Positions 34,453 through 47,410 of a stretch of 60,000 bases of DNA are shown piece after piece. The stretch is from Lytechinus pictus (lineage: Eukaryota): the NCBI RefSeq assembly GCF_037042905.1, contig NC_087245.1, positions 2,420,001 through 2,480,000 of the forward strand. The letters run 5' to 3'. Every line of letters starts with the position of its first letter. Position 1 is the stretch's first letter. The position numbers and the translations under genes are program-made. The notes under the pieces are model-generated. The model ran no database searches. It had not been told where the DNA came from and was given only the letters and a program-made list of their open reading frames with translations.

Positions 34453-37400
34453 TGTCCCACCCATTGCGAGATTTTTTCTCACAAATTTGCGTCTATTTTT
34501 CCATCTTTACGAAATTTCTTGTAACGATTTTCTAGAGATATGGTCTGATGGTAATGTTCTTCACTTTCTGTTACTTTTTTTTTCGCTGAAATAAAAAAAA
34601 AGGTGTAATTTAAGGCGTTTTTTGACAGCTCGCGATTCCCATAGGCGTGGGTGTATTAGCTGTGTTGGTGCTCGGCTCGGCCCCGCTCAACAACTGTCTT
34701 GATTTTGTGATCAATTATCTTCAAGTTACCACTTATCGCAGAAGATGGACTTTCTTGTATTCCATTAACTCCATTCTTTCATCACAAGGATAAAATTTGG
34801 TGTATATGCACGATTTTGTTACAGTTTTTCACCCTTTCTCTCTGGTCGTAAGTAGCGAACAACCGATGAACGGTCCGCTGCTCTTCATCGCAATTCTATG
34901 TAGCTCGGCCGCCGAAACTGGCGGGGTGGGATTCAGCCCGAATCCCGACGGAAGTGGGCGTGCACAGTCAAAGAGCTGAGCTTGGCTGAGTGAGAGTGAG
35001 CTAGAAGCTTGGCAGTGTACGTACATATAGGCTCTGCCCTTTTTTTTTGGTAAATATATATATATATATATATATATCTTTTATTTTTTTATATTGATTT
35101 TCCCTGGTGTAGAGCTTAGTTTTAAGTTTGTAATAATTTAATATGCTTCAATTTCTTTGACTCTGAGTATGACTGTGGTGTGGATGTTTGAGTCGCACAA
35201 AGAATACTTTTACTTGGATGGGGGCTCGGGGCGATTTCACCCCTGCCCCCGAAATGTGAAAAAATATTTGCGGTGTAGATGTTTGGGCATGCCGGGCTGA
35301 GGGTAGCCATCAATAAAAAAATGTTTCATTTGGGGGGTTAATTTTTAATTAAATTATTTTTATTTTTTACAGGATTTAAAATAAAATGATGTAATTCATT
35401 GTGCCCCTTTCCATTCCTTGTTTCCCCATGATTTACTTTCTTTTATTTCATTTCTTGGTCTCAAGGGTGGACGTCAGGCACTTCCTCTCATCATGTCAAT
35501 CCCCTCCTCATTACCTCCATCCCTCCCATCATCTCCATTCCTCCCACCAGCTCCTCATCCCTCTCATCTCCACCCCTCCTCCCACCATCTTCTCATCTCC
35601 ATCCCTCTCATCTCCACCCCTCTCATCGTTTCCATTCCTCCCACCATCTCATTATCTCCATCCCTCTCATCATCTCCATTCATCCCACCATCTCCTTCTC
35701 ATCATCTTCATTCCTCTCATCTCCATTCCCTCAGAATCAGGAAAATGAATTTGTACACAAGAGTGAAATAATTTAACAGTATAAATACTTCTTTTGAAAT
35801 AACATATTTCAGTAATGTGGCTTTTATCATTTGTCATATTTACAAAATACAAATGAACTATTACAAGATTCAAGTGTTTACCTGCCTAGTTACCTGATGT
35901 CTCTTAAAATAAGAAAGATATGCCAACTAGATGGGAAAGAAATGCGTCATTGCTGAGAAATTAGCAATTTGAGCTAAGATTTCATGATTTTACAAAGTTT
36001 CTCATGGTTGTTTGCTGCAACTCCTGTCCTTTACCTTATATTATACAAAAAGGCTAAGCTGGAAAATGCGTCATTGCTGAGAAATTAGCAATTTGAGGTA
36101 AGATTTCATAATTTTACAAAATTTTATATTGAATAAACAATAGTTGGTAAAAATACAAAACACAAAACTGGTTACTCTATTCTTTCCTCCTGTAAAAAAA
36201 ATTAAATACTGAATAAAATGAACATTAGTTCCAGCGGCGAATCGGGGGGGGGGGGGGGTACATTCGGCTCCCCTCGGCCCCTTGAGAGGTACTCAAAAGG
36301 CAACTAAGAACCTTTTTTCTTTTGTCAAAAAATTCCTATACAAAATGCCCCCCCCCCCCGGCCCTGTAGGGAAATTTTGCATCCGCCCCTGATTATATTT
36401 CAAATGGGAATAAGACTGAGTGGCCCTTGTTGAACCGGGACCAAATTTGACAAACTGAGTATTATAAAACTTGATTGAAAAAAATATTCACAACTGCAGG
36501 GCAAGGCTTCAGTCTCTAAGCTCACGACAAGTATGTCCACTTCCATTGGCAATTCCGGCTGAATTCCATCCGGCAGCCTGACATCCACCCTTAGGACCAA
36601 GAAAATAAAATAAAAGAAAGTAAATCAGGGAAAAACAAGGAATGGAAAGGGGCACAATGAATTACATCATTTTACTTTAAATCCTGTAAAAAATAAAAAT
36701 AATTTAATTAAAAATTAAGCCCCCAAATGAAACAATTTTTATTGATGGCTACCCTCAGCCCGGCATGCCGAAACATCTACATCGCAAATATTTGTTGACA
36801 TTTCGGGGGCAGGAGTGAAATCGCCTCAAGCCCCCATCCAAGTAAAAGTATTCTTTGTGCGACTCAAACATCCACACCAGTCATACTCAGAGTCAAAGAA
36901 ATTGAAGCATAATATTACAAACTTAAGACTAAGCTCTACACCAGGGAAAATCAATATAAAAAAAAAAATATATAAAAAATATTTAAAAAAATATATATAT
37001 ATATTTAAAAAAAAAAGGGCAGAGCCTATACGTACGTACACTGCCAAGCTTCTAGCTCACTCTCACTCAGCCAAGCTCAGTTCTTTGACTGTGCACGCCC
37101 ACTTCCGTTGGGGATACGGGCTGAATCCCACCCCGCCAGTTTCGGCGGCTGAGCTACGTAGAATTGCGATGAAGAGCAGCGGACCATTTATCGGTTGTTC
37201 GCTACTTACGACCAGAGAGAAAAGGTGAAAAACTTTAACAAAATCGTGCATATACACCAAATTTTATCCTTGTCATGAAAGAATGGAGTTAATGGAATAC
37301 AAGGAAGTCCATCTTCTGCGATAATAGTGGAAACTTGAAGAGAAATGATCACAAAATCAAGTCAGCTATTGAGCGGGGCCGAGCCGAGCACCAACACAGC

Positions 37401-37568
37401 TAATACACGTGCGCCTATGGGAATCGCGAGCTGTCGAAAAATGCCTAAAATTACCGGTACACTTTTTTATTTCAGCGAAAAAAAAGTAATAGAAAGTGAA
37501 GAACATTACCATCAGACCATATCTCTAGAAAATCGTTACACGAAAAAAATCATGAAACGGGTGGGACA
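34453..37568. repeat. Long inverted-repeat pair (~1-kb arms, ~1.1-kb spacer), foldback-like
   Basis: 34453-35479 is the reverse complement of 36576-37568 with scattered substitutions and small indels. The mirrored ORFs 34797+ / 37063- in the track agree. Confidence 0.9.
35482..35731. repeat. C/T-rich minisatellite (CATCTCCATCCCTCT-like)
   Basis: Degenerate 15-18 bp units inside the IR spacer. Confidence 0.8.
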
Positions 37569-39399
37569 ACTAGAGTAAACTGTAAAGTGCCCAAATACAC
37601 TTAAGCATAATTGGACCAAAACAAAAATACAATTGAATCAATAAAAATCATGTGTATTTCCGTAGTACATGTACATGTAGTACTGTACAAATGTTGAATA
37701 TTGATGTCATAAATTGATAAAATAAAAAAATAGAATTTAAGTGTGGTAAGCCCTAATATTAAGGCCTAAATGCTAATGCTTATACTTTAGCTTTGTTATG
37801 CCTACCAGAAGCTTGTTTTTTGCCAAATATCGAACGCAGTTTCCAAATATTGGGCAAGTCGTTAAGTTGTGCGCCACTATCAATTCTGGCGATTTAAATT
37901 GCGAGCTCTAAACCCCAAAATATATCAGCTGCGCAAATGCCAATTTCAACTATTACCAAAATAGTTATCAATTTTAATATAGAAATAGGTAAATAATACT
38001 TATTGACTTACCAAACGGACCTCTTTCGGTTCTAAACGTCGGACGTTTTTGCTCAGCTGCAAGCAACTTATTCTGAAAATGAGCACGTGCGCGTCAATAG
38101 CATGCATTTCCAATTCAATCGGCCGATCTGTCCGATGTTTGGGAGAGTGCAATATTTAGAAGGGTTCGAAATTTTTTGCTGTGGGGAACCTCCGTGGCGG
38201 CCATTGCAGATTTTCTTGCGATAGATCTAACCTGTACGATCTCGACGGCGATATTTCCGGCGGAAATCACTTCTCCCCTATGAGATTTTTTGGTCATCGA
38301 TCTTTTGCAGCCCATAATTAGGCCAAGTAAAAAAAGAAAGTAGTTGATCGTACTTGCGCTCTATTTTGGCTGCCACATTAAATTTTTTTACTATTTACTA
38401 TTTAAAAAAATTTGCTAAAAAATATAAAAAAGTAATGTTTCTCGTCTGCGCCTACTTCCCTTTTTGATTGCTGCATCAATGTTCTTGATATATTTACTAT
38501 TTTTATGGCTGCTGAAAAGCGAAAAACATACGGTACACAAGATTGGTGAGCGATTTGCTCTCTGTGCTCTGGGAGCTCTCACGCAACTTCCTCAAACAAT
38601 TGCAAAGTCCGATATCGCCGTAACTGCGATAAAGAAAAAATTCTGATATGGTCTTTTATTGGTAATTTTGAAGATAGGATCATAATTTAGCAAGAAAATG
38701 AAATTTACAAACTCAGAAAAAATCACAGATTTCTTCATTTTTAGTGGATTTTTGGGGACCCCGCCTCCTGAATCTGAACAAATCCGTCGCGTGCATCGGA
38801 AATATGGCACAGATAAATCAATTTTAATGACGCAATTTGCATTTCAGCAGGGGGTTTTTGTGAGTGATAGCGCCTGTACTTCGGTGTGTGTTGCGGTGAT
38901 TGACTGTGTTGGGTGTGCATGTGTGCTACGGTGATGTGTTTTACTGTGCTGGTGTGACATGTGAATTTGTGAAATGAATACCAATAATTTTCTGGCGAGC
39001 TTTATAACGTTAAGCTATCTACATGTAGCAGCCATGCATTGAATATTAAAAAAAATATTTTCAAGTGAGTAATTTATTATGAAGAAATTGAAAATTATGG
39101 AAAGGATTCTGATAAGTACCAATTCTGTTCAAATTTGATTCATCCTTGAGCTATTCAATTTGATGGACAATTGTAAGTTAGTAAATAGATCTAACAGTTA
39201 CAAATATTGAAATAATAAATATTACGTGAACAGTTAACAATTCAATAATCATTTAACAATTGATATCAATAAAAAAAATGAATAACAATTGAATAAACAA
39301 TATTAAACATTATTTAAACGAATATAAGCAGGAAAAACTGCGATGCCTTGTTTTTAAGAAAAATAGTAAGATAACATATAGCAAGGACCTCCCTCATCA

Positions 39400-39436
39400 C
39401 TACTCTTCTTCTTCGTATTCTTCTCCTTCTCCTTCC

Positions 39437-39467
<31 letters not shown>

Positions 39468-40110
39468 CTCCCCCTCCTTCTTCTCCTCCTCCTCCTTCTC
39501 CTACTTCTCCCACTCCTCTTCCTCCTCCCCCTCCCCCTCCCCTCCTCCTCCTTCTCCTTCTCCTCCTTCCTTCAATCCTGAAAATTCTTGCAGAACTTGG
39601 TGAAGTGTGTGTCACAAGGGTAAAGTGCATGTGCCAAATATATACAGGGTGCAAGTAAAACCAGGTATGGATCTAGTTGTTGTTGCCTTTCGTCAGTTGC
39701 AGACGAAAGGCTTCGGTTGATGGTGCTGTCACAATATTTACTGGGAGAGTGTTCCACATCTTGATGGTTCTGGGGAAGGAGCATTGATGTTGTTGGGTCC
39801 ATGATCATGGCATGAGATATCCTTGAGTGTGAACAGCTCTTGTTGATCTAGTACATTTGGAGATGTATGCATCAGAGTTGAATGGGACTAGCTCGTTGTG
39901 GATCTTGTAGAACATCACAAGGCGAGAGATTTCTTGTCGTAGTTGAAGGGATGTCCATCCTAGCTCCTGCAGCATCGATGACACACTTGATGTATTGTGA
40001 TATCAATTCAGTGTGAATCTAGCTGCTCTGCGTTGGATCATTTCAAGCTTGTAGATGTTCTTGGAGGTTGATGGATCCCAGGCAGTAGATGCATATGCCA
40101 CCAAAGACTT
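39400..40110 (-). mobile_element. 3' fragment of a LINE (RTE-X/CR1-like ORF2 C-terminus) with an expanded (GAG/GAA) tail
   Basis: Minus strand translates YASTAWDP..KLEMIQRRAARF..SVSSMLQELGWTSL..RLVMFYKIHNELV..SFPRTIKMWNTLP with internal stops. 3' UTR then a GGA/GAA microsatellite at 39400-39570. Confidence 0.85.
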
Positions 40111-40719
40111 AGCTTTAAATCCAACATAATCTGCTCAAAATTAGCTCAAATCTTTTGATAATTCAAAGATTTTGATAGCTCATTTCAAGTTTTGCCATAT
40201 TCTGTTATCATTTTTATGGGAATTAGAGTCGAAACTTTTATTTAAAGGGGAAGTTCACCCTGACAAAAAGTTTATTGTAAAAATAGCAGAAAACATAGAA
40301 TAGTGGTGAAGGTTTGAGGAAGATCCATCACAGATTTTAAAAGTTATTATAATTTTAATTTTTGACTGAATTGATAAATTTATTACAGTATTTAAAAAAA
40401 TTGTACCTTTCCTGATGAATGCAAAAATGCAAAGGCACTCCCATTGTTTATTAAAGTTCAAAAGGAGATCAATGTTAAAATTTAATGGCCATTAACTGTC
40501 CACTATTGATACTACCTGCTGTTGAAATATTATTGAATGAATAGTTCACAAACAACTTTGTGACGTTTAATTGCTAATAATAACAGAAGTGCAGTTCAGG
40601 TACTTCAGATTATGTCACTGGACGACTTCAGCAGTTGGTGCACTAAAGAAAAATCTATTAGCAGCTACTCCTGACCAATAGTTTTTAGCAATCCTCTATT
40701 CAAAATGTTTTTCAATCAC

Positions 40720-41011
40720 TTTTTGTCTCACATGAACGAAGTTCGGCAGAGACCTTGTGATCACATTTCCTGTAGTCTGTTGGTCTTATGAAAAACAGTT
40801 TTTGTTCAACTTGCTCTCATTTCTATATTTCTGCATCAATTTAGATCGTACTTGGTACATATGATCCTTGGGTAATACCAAATGTGTGTCCATGAGGATG
40901 ATGAGGTCAAAGGTTATCTAGGGGTCAAAAAATCATATTACATATTTAATTGATCATGAAATCAGGTGAGACATGTGGTTTGCGAACCATAGTTTGCGAA
41001 CCACCTTAGTT
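40720..41011 (+). mobile_element. Short decayed HINE-like element
   Basis: TTTTTGTCTCAC start; internal gaggtcaaaggt; subTIR GGTGAGACA followed by a 3' hairpin and TTAGTT. Confidence 0.65.
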
Positions 41012-44000
41012 AGGCCCGAGTCATTATGTTTATTTTAAGAAATGTTTAAATGCTATTAATAAACGACAGTTAGGGTGAATCGGCGGAGGTAAAAAAAAAA
41101 ACCTTCCCCAAAGTTCCCCCAAATCAGAATCTCTTGACTCTGGAAAACAACATATTTGCAATCGTTTGTCTGGTGCAAATCTTCGGATGAACTGCTGTCC
41201 CAGTCCACCAATGTTCAACAAAAGCTTCTCGGCTCTCCATTGTGATTTGACTTGCATTTTCAAAGGAATCGATGCGTTGAGAGAGTTTCCCCGTAGTAAA
41301 TGCCTACCAAGACCCCCACCCTCCTGCACCTTTGTGTGCTTTGCTCACTCTGTATTGGTCTGTAAGTGTGGTCACATGCTCATAACCCCTCCCCCCATCC
41401 AAAATTAAAGCCAGTCTGTGAAGTTAACCATTTCTGATCCACAGAGTCAGGACAGATGATTGTAAAAATTATATCTTTTTCTGCTCAGAGAAACAACTGA
41501 ACAGGATAGTAGTCCATATCTTGATTTAGAGGGAAATCCCCCTTCTTTGCTATCTCCTTTGAAATCAGTCCTTTGTACTTCTTGGTGGATGGTACAAGTT
41601 GAAAAGTTTATGGACACACACTGAGTGAATAAACGGAAGGAGACATGATGAGAATGGTTATTGTTTTTATGTGACTTTGTTGAGTTTATAAAAGGGGAAT
41701 TCTTAGTAACACACCAGGATAGCATACATAATTGAATTGATTAAAATTGAATAATTGTAATCTTTATCTGTGTAGTTTTGTTTCTGAGAAAATGAAATTC
41801 TTAAAATACTTATACATGTATGTGTCTTTTAGCTGGTTATATTTAAAGGTTTAATATTTTAGAGTGGTAGCCAAAGGACGGTTCACAGGTAAACTGATTA
41901 AAAGTGGTGTTACATTGTCTGCAATGATAATTTCAATGGTGATTATTCAACTACAGTATATTTTTGTTTGAAGTCACTTTACCATGCATGTCTGATAATG
42001 GATTTTGAACCATATTGTCTACTTTCCATAGACAGAGTCTCAGTGCCTACATGTACATGTATGCTCAGTTATGGGTCCCTCTGGCCCCATACTGCTTCTT
42101 TTGGGGAGAAATTATTTTTTTTTAAATTGGTTTCTTTCTTAAAATTATTTTTTGGTTGAAGAAGTTTGACATTTCTATATACATGTAGGAATTAGCCTAT
42201 GGTCAAGCAGTCTGGTGTTAGAAGTACAATGTTATTGACCAAATTAACAACTATGTCTGCATACCTGTGCAGTATTAAAGGGGAAACATTTCCAAATTAA
42301 AAGCTGTTATGAGAGGAAAAAGGAAAATCTGACAAGTAGATACGTGAAAGTTTGAGCTAACAGTTATTAATTTTTTTAAGTTGTAAAAGTTTGTAATCGC
42401 AATACCTAATGGAAATTCCGAATTGGTTGGATTGGTGATGTCATAGTGATAGAAGACAAGGACTACTCTTCCATGAGTAACCACTACACTCAAAAACATA
42501 AAAAGGCTAATATTTCATTTTTTTTCTCAAAAGTTTTATTTCAATGTAATTTCTTACATTAGGACATACAACAATGCGTGCATGCTTCCTGTGTCATATC
42601 ATGATTACTGCCCCAGAGGAATGGGCACTCGAGGAGAAGGTTGCAAATCCCTGATAATTATTCATTTCATGCAAAATTTGTCCCTTCCGCTTGTCATAAT
42701 TTACTACACAGTTGCCACTTTGAAATTCACATCGTCTATAATAATAGTGATCTCAATTTTAAAGCAGCCCTCACTTTGTTATTGCTTGTCTTGATTTTTC
42801 CAAACTTTCACCATTCTGTTAAGTTATTTCCTCTCACACAACATTTTTAATACCAAGGCTAGATTCCCTCATTTACATTCATGTACACAGCCTTTACATC
42901 AACAACAAAAAATACAAGAGTGAGCTTGCATGCAGTACTAGTACCCGTCTTTTTCTGTTATGAAATCTTACAGAGTTATGGCAGTATCATACTAAAAGAC
43001 TGTTTTATAACGACTCCTGGTGGAGAAGCACATGCAGTAATCTTCAAGCACTCTTGTATCAAGAACTTCACATTTGTAGTACATAAAGGTACATGTAAGT
43101 GGCATTCTTTTTAAAGTATGATTTTCATGTTTGCATGCTTGAGCACCCACAATATGACACCAACCACAGACCCACTGCATGAAACAAAACACTGCATTTT
43201 AACCTAAAATGTTCAGCTTATTCAATGTTGAGAAACATGCATTTTGGGTGTTTAACAAAGCTAAATGTAAATGTGGGTTCTCTTGTTGATGTGCTTGAAT
43301 TGATTCTTATTGAATTATGTTTATGACAGTGTAAAATAGATCAGAAGCCCCCCTTTGTGCATGTGCAATTCCATGAAATAATCAACCTTTTTAAAATATA
43401 TGTCCTGCTCCTTTATTATTCCCATTTGTAACACATAATTAAAAAACCTCAAAATAGCATCAAATTATTCATAAGTATATTTAGGTACATATTTTGTTGT
43501 TGATGAATTGTGTTTTAAGATTGTGATTATACATTCCAGCTCACCTGCAGATAAAAAGAGAAGAGTACTTTTAGAATTTGTTACATGTCTATTATCATTT
43601 GCCTTCATAATGTTTTACATGTACATGTAGTTTTGCAAGACATTTATTTTCCTCTTCCAAGTTTAGACTTTGAAAAGCATGTGTATGTATAGCTGCTTGT
43701 AGATGTAGAGTTTTTTTTCCTCGGCTCTGTATTTTTCCTGTGTTTAATTTTAATATCACAATTTGAAGCATGAGCTCATAAATTTTCTTTTGTTTTTTTA
43801 CAATAATCAAGTTTACCTGCAGGCTTTGCTCCGTGCAATTTTGTAAATGATATTTTCCTAAAGTTTGGAATGTTTGGAAAGTTATTGGGGCCTGTTTATC
43901 TCATTTTGGGTGAAATCTGCAATATTAGTGCTGTTTTGAAAACTTGCTTGAGGCATGTTTACTATCTGAAATTGATTTATGCTTAGTAACTTTCAGCTAG

Positions 44001-44216
44001 GGATTGTACATTACAAATCTTTGTTTGTCTGAACAACATTTTCAATTCTCTCTCAATACAGGGACAAAGGGAAGCCGGTTTTCAAACATTTCAACTGACA
44101 AGAATAATACAGCTTTGTATTTGCTTCATCGTTTGGCACAAGGTAAAAAATCTACATTCTATTTCTTCTCCCTTCCTTTATGGACCTGGAGAAAGTTACA
44201 TTACACTTAATTATTA

Positions 44217-44607
44217 CAGACCTGCCAACCAGTATGTTTGGCGTATTTAGTATGTTTTTTATTTTATTTTATTTTTTTTTTACAAAATTGTAATTTATTG
44301 AGAAAAATCATCTCTATATGTCTCTATTTCATAAATCTTACACAAATATGGTTATTGGATCAATGCAATTTCAGGTAACTTGTTTTTTTTTTCAATCATT
44401 TTGTTAAAACCAGGGTGAGATATACACATGTTTAAATTTTTTTTTTTCATCTGCAAGAGCAGTGCGCATTTTAGCTTGCATGCAGCTTGAGCGCCGCGAT
44501 GAGCGAGTGTGCCATGCATTTTATTATGAAATACACTTTTTGGGGGAAAAATACACTTTTTTTATCACAGAATACAAATTTTTCATTCCCAGAGGTTGGC
44601 AGGTCTG
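44217..44607. mobile_element. hAT-like MITE (CAGACCTGCCAACC TIRs); partial copies at ~49160-49502 and ~55590-55954
   Basis: Perfect 14-bp TIR. The body (gcagcttgagcgc.g.gatgagcgagtg...cccagaggttggcaggtctg) is shared by all three copies. Confidence 0.8.
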
Positions 44608-44780
44608 TTATCCTGGACATAATTAACGTTTATCTGATTAATAAATGATTTACTACTGTTTGAATATTCAAGGCATTTAAGTAGGGTCTGCTTGTAAAAT
44701 TAACCCTGAAATTAGTGGATTTTTTCAATAGTAAAATTTTGTGATTTGAATGAAGTTTCAGTAGAAATGATATTTCTCCT

Positions 44781-45090
44781 TAATAATAGTAATGATATAC
44801 AGTTCTTATATAGCGCATATCACAATATGAATAATTTCGTTATGCGCTTCCAAAGGACTTGGATATTATTACCCCAGCTGTAGCTTGGCAGCCGTAATTA
44901 CTAAGATTACAGCGCACACGCATTTCAAGGAATAAATTCCTGCCAGGTACCCATTCACCTCACCTGGGTTGAGTGCAGCACAATGTGGATAAATTTCTTG
45001 CCGAAGGAAATTACGCCATGGCTGGGATTCGAGCCCACGACCCTCTGTTTTAAAGTCCGGAGACTAATCCACTGGGCCACAATGCTCCAC
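44781..45090 (-). mobile_element. Full-length tRNA-derived SINE with L2-like tail
   Basis: Minus strand: A-box TGGCCCAGTGG, B-box GGCTCGAATCC, CORE-like body ccttcggcaag..gaatgggtacc, tail aagcgcata...atgcgctatataaga and (TAT)n. Confidence 0.9.
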
Positions 45091-45120
45091 ACTGCTCCTT
45101 GATGCTACAGGTATTTCAGA

Positions 45121-45575
45121 TTTTTGTCTCACCTGCATAGCAGAGTGAGACTACCTGCACCGCTTTTCCGACGGCGGCGGCGTCAACATCAAATCTTAAC
45201 CAAAGGTTAAGTATTTGAAATGACAGCATAACTTAAAAAGTATATGGACCTAGTTCATGAAACTAATCAAGTATTACTGAACATTCTGCCTGAGTTTCAG
45301 GTCACATGACCAAGGTCTGGTCATAGGTCATTTAGGGTCAATAAACTTTTTTAATAGACCATGTTGGGAGAATCAACATCAAAATCTTAACCTAAGGTCA
45401 AGTTTTTGAAATGCCATCGTAACTTCGAAAGTATATGGACCTCGTTCATGAAACTTGGACAGAAGGGTAATCAAATATTACTGAACATCCTGACTGAGTT
45501 TCAGGTCACATGACCAAGGTCAAAGGTCATTTATGGTCAATGAACTTTGGCCAAGTTGGAGGTATTAACTTGTTT
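45121..45575 (+). mobile_element. Partial HINE of the 10936-12031 family (opposite orientation)
   Basis: TTTTTGTCTCACCTGCATAGCAGAGTGAGACTA..CGACGGCGGCGGCGTC start plus about two core repeats. Confidence 0.85.
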
Positions 45576-46450
45576 TGGTGTGTTATGAAAAATACCTCTA
45601 AATGAAGTCATTTGGGGGGGGGGGAGTGAAATCAATGTATTTACATTCAAAATATCTATCCAGAGTAGAGGGAAGAAACCACATTGTGTCTTATTGGGTA
45701 TGGTGTTAGAAATGAATATCTCACCATACAGAGTATGTGTCCATGGCAAGTTGTGGTTTATGGAAATTTGTTCAGATTCAAAATCCCACAAAATATTCAA
45801 GGAGAAGAAAACACATCTCACCAGCATTCATTGCCTGGTCTTATAATATAGTTGTGGCTTTAAGAAATCTAGGTTTAGTCAAAACAGGGATTACTCTTAA
45901 TATCCTGAACTTTATAGGTAAGAAATATACTGACTTGAAAATGAGAAATATCTGCGATTTATTATTTAACTTTATTTTCTTTTGGCGTCCTATAATTGGA
46001 GTAGCCAAGTTGCTAATGATCTGAATTTACCATGCACCTGTAATATCTGGATATTTCATTTTTATTTTTATTTTATTATTTTGTTTTTATTTTCATTTAT
46101 TCATTTCTTTTTTTATTTATTTATTTATTTATCTATTTATTTATATCTATTTTTGGGGGGAGGAGAAGGGGTTATTGATAAACTGTTTTTTTGTGTGTGT
46201 TGAAGTGTAATAATGTTTATTGTGTGCATGTACATGTATTTCAGTATTCTTTTTTCTGAGCTACAATACACCATATACATACATGTAGGCATTAATATCA
46301 CAATCAAGTTTGAATACTGCTGAGGCAATTATCAAATGATGCATTTGTATATAGATTGAATAATGACAAAGTTCATTCGGCAATCCAATTAAGAAGAGTG
46401 TTTCTAACAACACGTGAAGTGATGGGTATCCATAGAATGATAGATGGGAT

Positions 46451-47410
46451 GGGTGATGATCAAATTTGGTCACTTTCATAATTTCCAATTCAAATGAGTA
46501 CACCAGAGATGCAGCCGTTCTCTTGGGTGTAACCGTTATCCATTTCTTCTTGTTCAGTGCTGTAGTAAAATAAAGGGGAGGGATGAGACTCTTCATTTTT
46601 TTTTGGTGTGTGTTTTTATGGGTGAATATATGAGGATGCAGAAGCTGAACAACAGAGATAAAAATGCATTAAGCGTTATCTACTTACAAATATACAAGGC
46701 CGCAATTATGCCTCGGCCCAACGTAGGTAGTTGCTGGAGGCATTTAGTTTTTGGTCTGTCCATTTAGTAAAAATTAGAAAATTAGTTTATCTGAAAGAGC
46801 AGTTCTTCTACATACTTCTACCATCTTGGCTGTAATTATGTACATGTAGTTCTTTTTTTTTCCAAGTTGAGATAATGAGCCCCAAAACATGTTGCCTCAT
46901 GTTTAGATAGAGTGATTACCAGCAATTCTGAATTTAATATGTAAGGTGCATTCAAACCAATTCGATCACCAAAATACCTCTACATCTAGAAAATTTTGTA
47001 GTCTTTGAAATATACATGTACGTTATCTTTAAAATTCATGGGTGATGATCAAATTTGGTCACTTTCATAATTTGTACATAATTTTAATATGTACACCTGA
47101 GATGCAGCCATTCTGTTGGGTGTAACCGTTATCCATTTCTTCTTGTTCATAATTGCCATATTAAACGCAAGGGCAAGGATGAGACTCTTTAGTTGTTTTT
47201 TTGTATTTATTTGTAAATATATGAGGATGTAAAAGCTAAACAACAGAGGTAAAAATGCATTAAGCGTTGTCTACTATAAATATACAAGGCCACATTTATT
47301 ATGCCTCAGCCCAACGTAGGTGGTTGCTGGAGGCATAAAGTTTTTGGTAGTCCATTTTTTAGAGTAAAGAGAAAATTAGTTTATCTGAAAGAGCAGTCCT
47401 TCTACATACT
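46451..47410. repeat. Diverged ~370-bp direct duplication (46451-46816 / 47040-47410)
   Basis: gggtgatgatcaaatttggtcactttcataattt...gaaagagcag..cttctacatact occurs twice. Each copy includes an ATGCCTC..GAGGCAT hairpin resembling a HINE 5' end. Confidence 0.8.

Noticed and set aside
35401..35771. H/P/S-rich ORFs in the inverted-repeat spacer as a possible transposase or cargo gene
   Set aside because: Translation of a C/T-rich minisatellite; no transposase motifs.
39400..39654. R/G/E-rich ORF
   Set aside because: Translation of the (CCT/CTT)n tail of a LINE fragment.
45020..45090. Possible tRNA gene (A and B boxes)
   Set aside because: It continues directly into a SINE body and LINE-like tail, with no convincing acceptor stem or T-run terminator. 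It is a SINE head.
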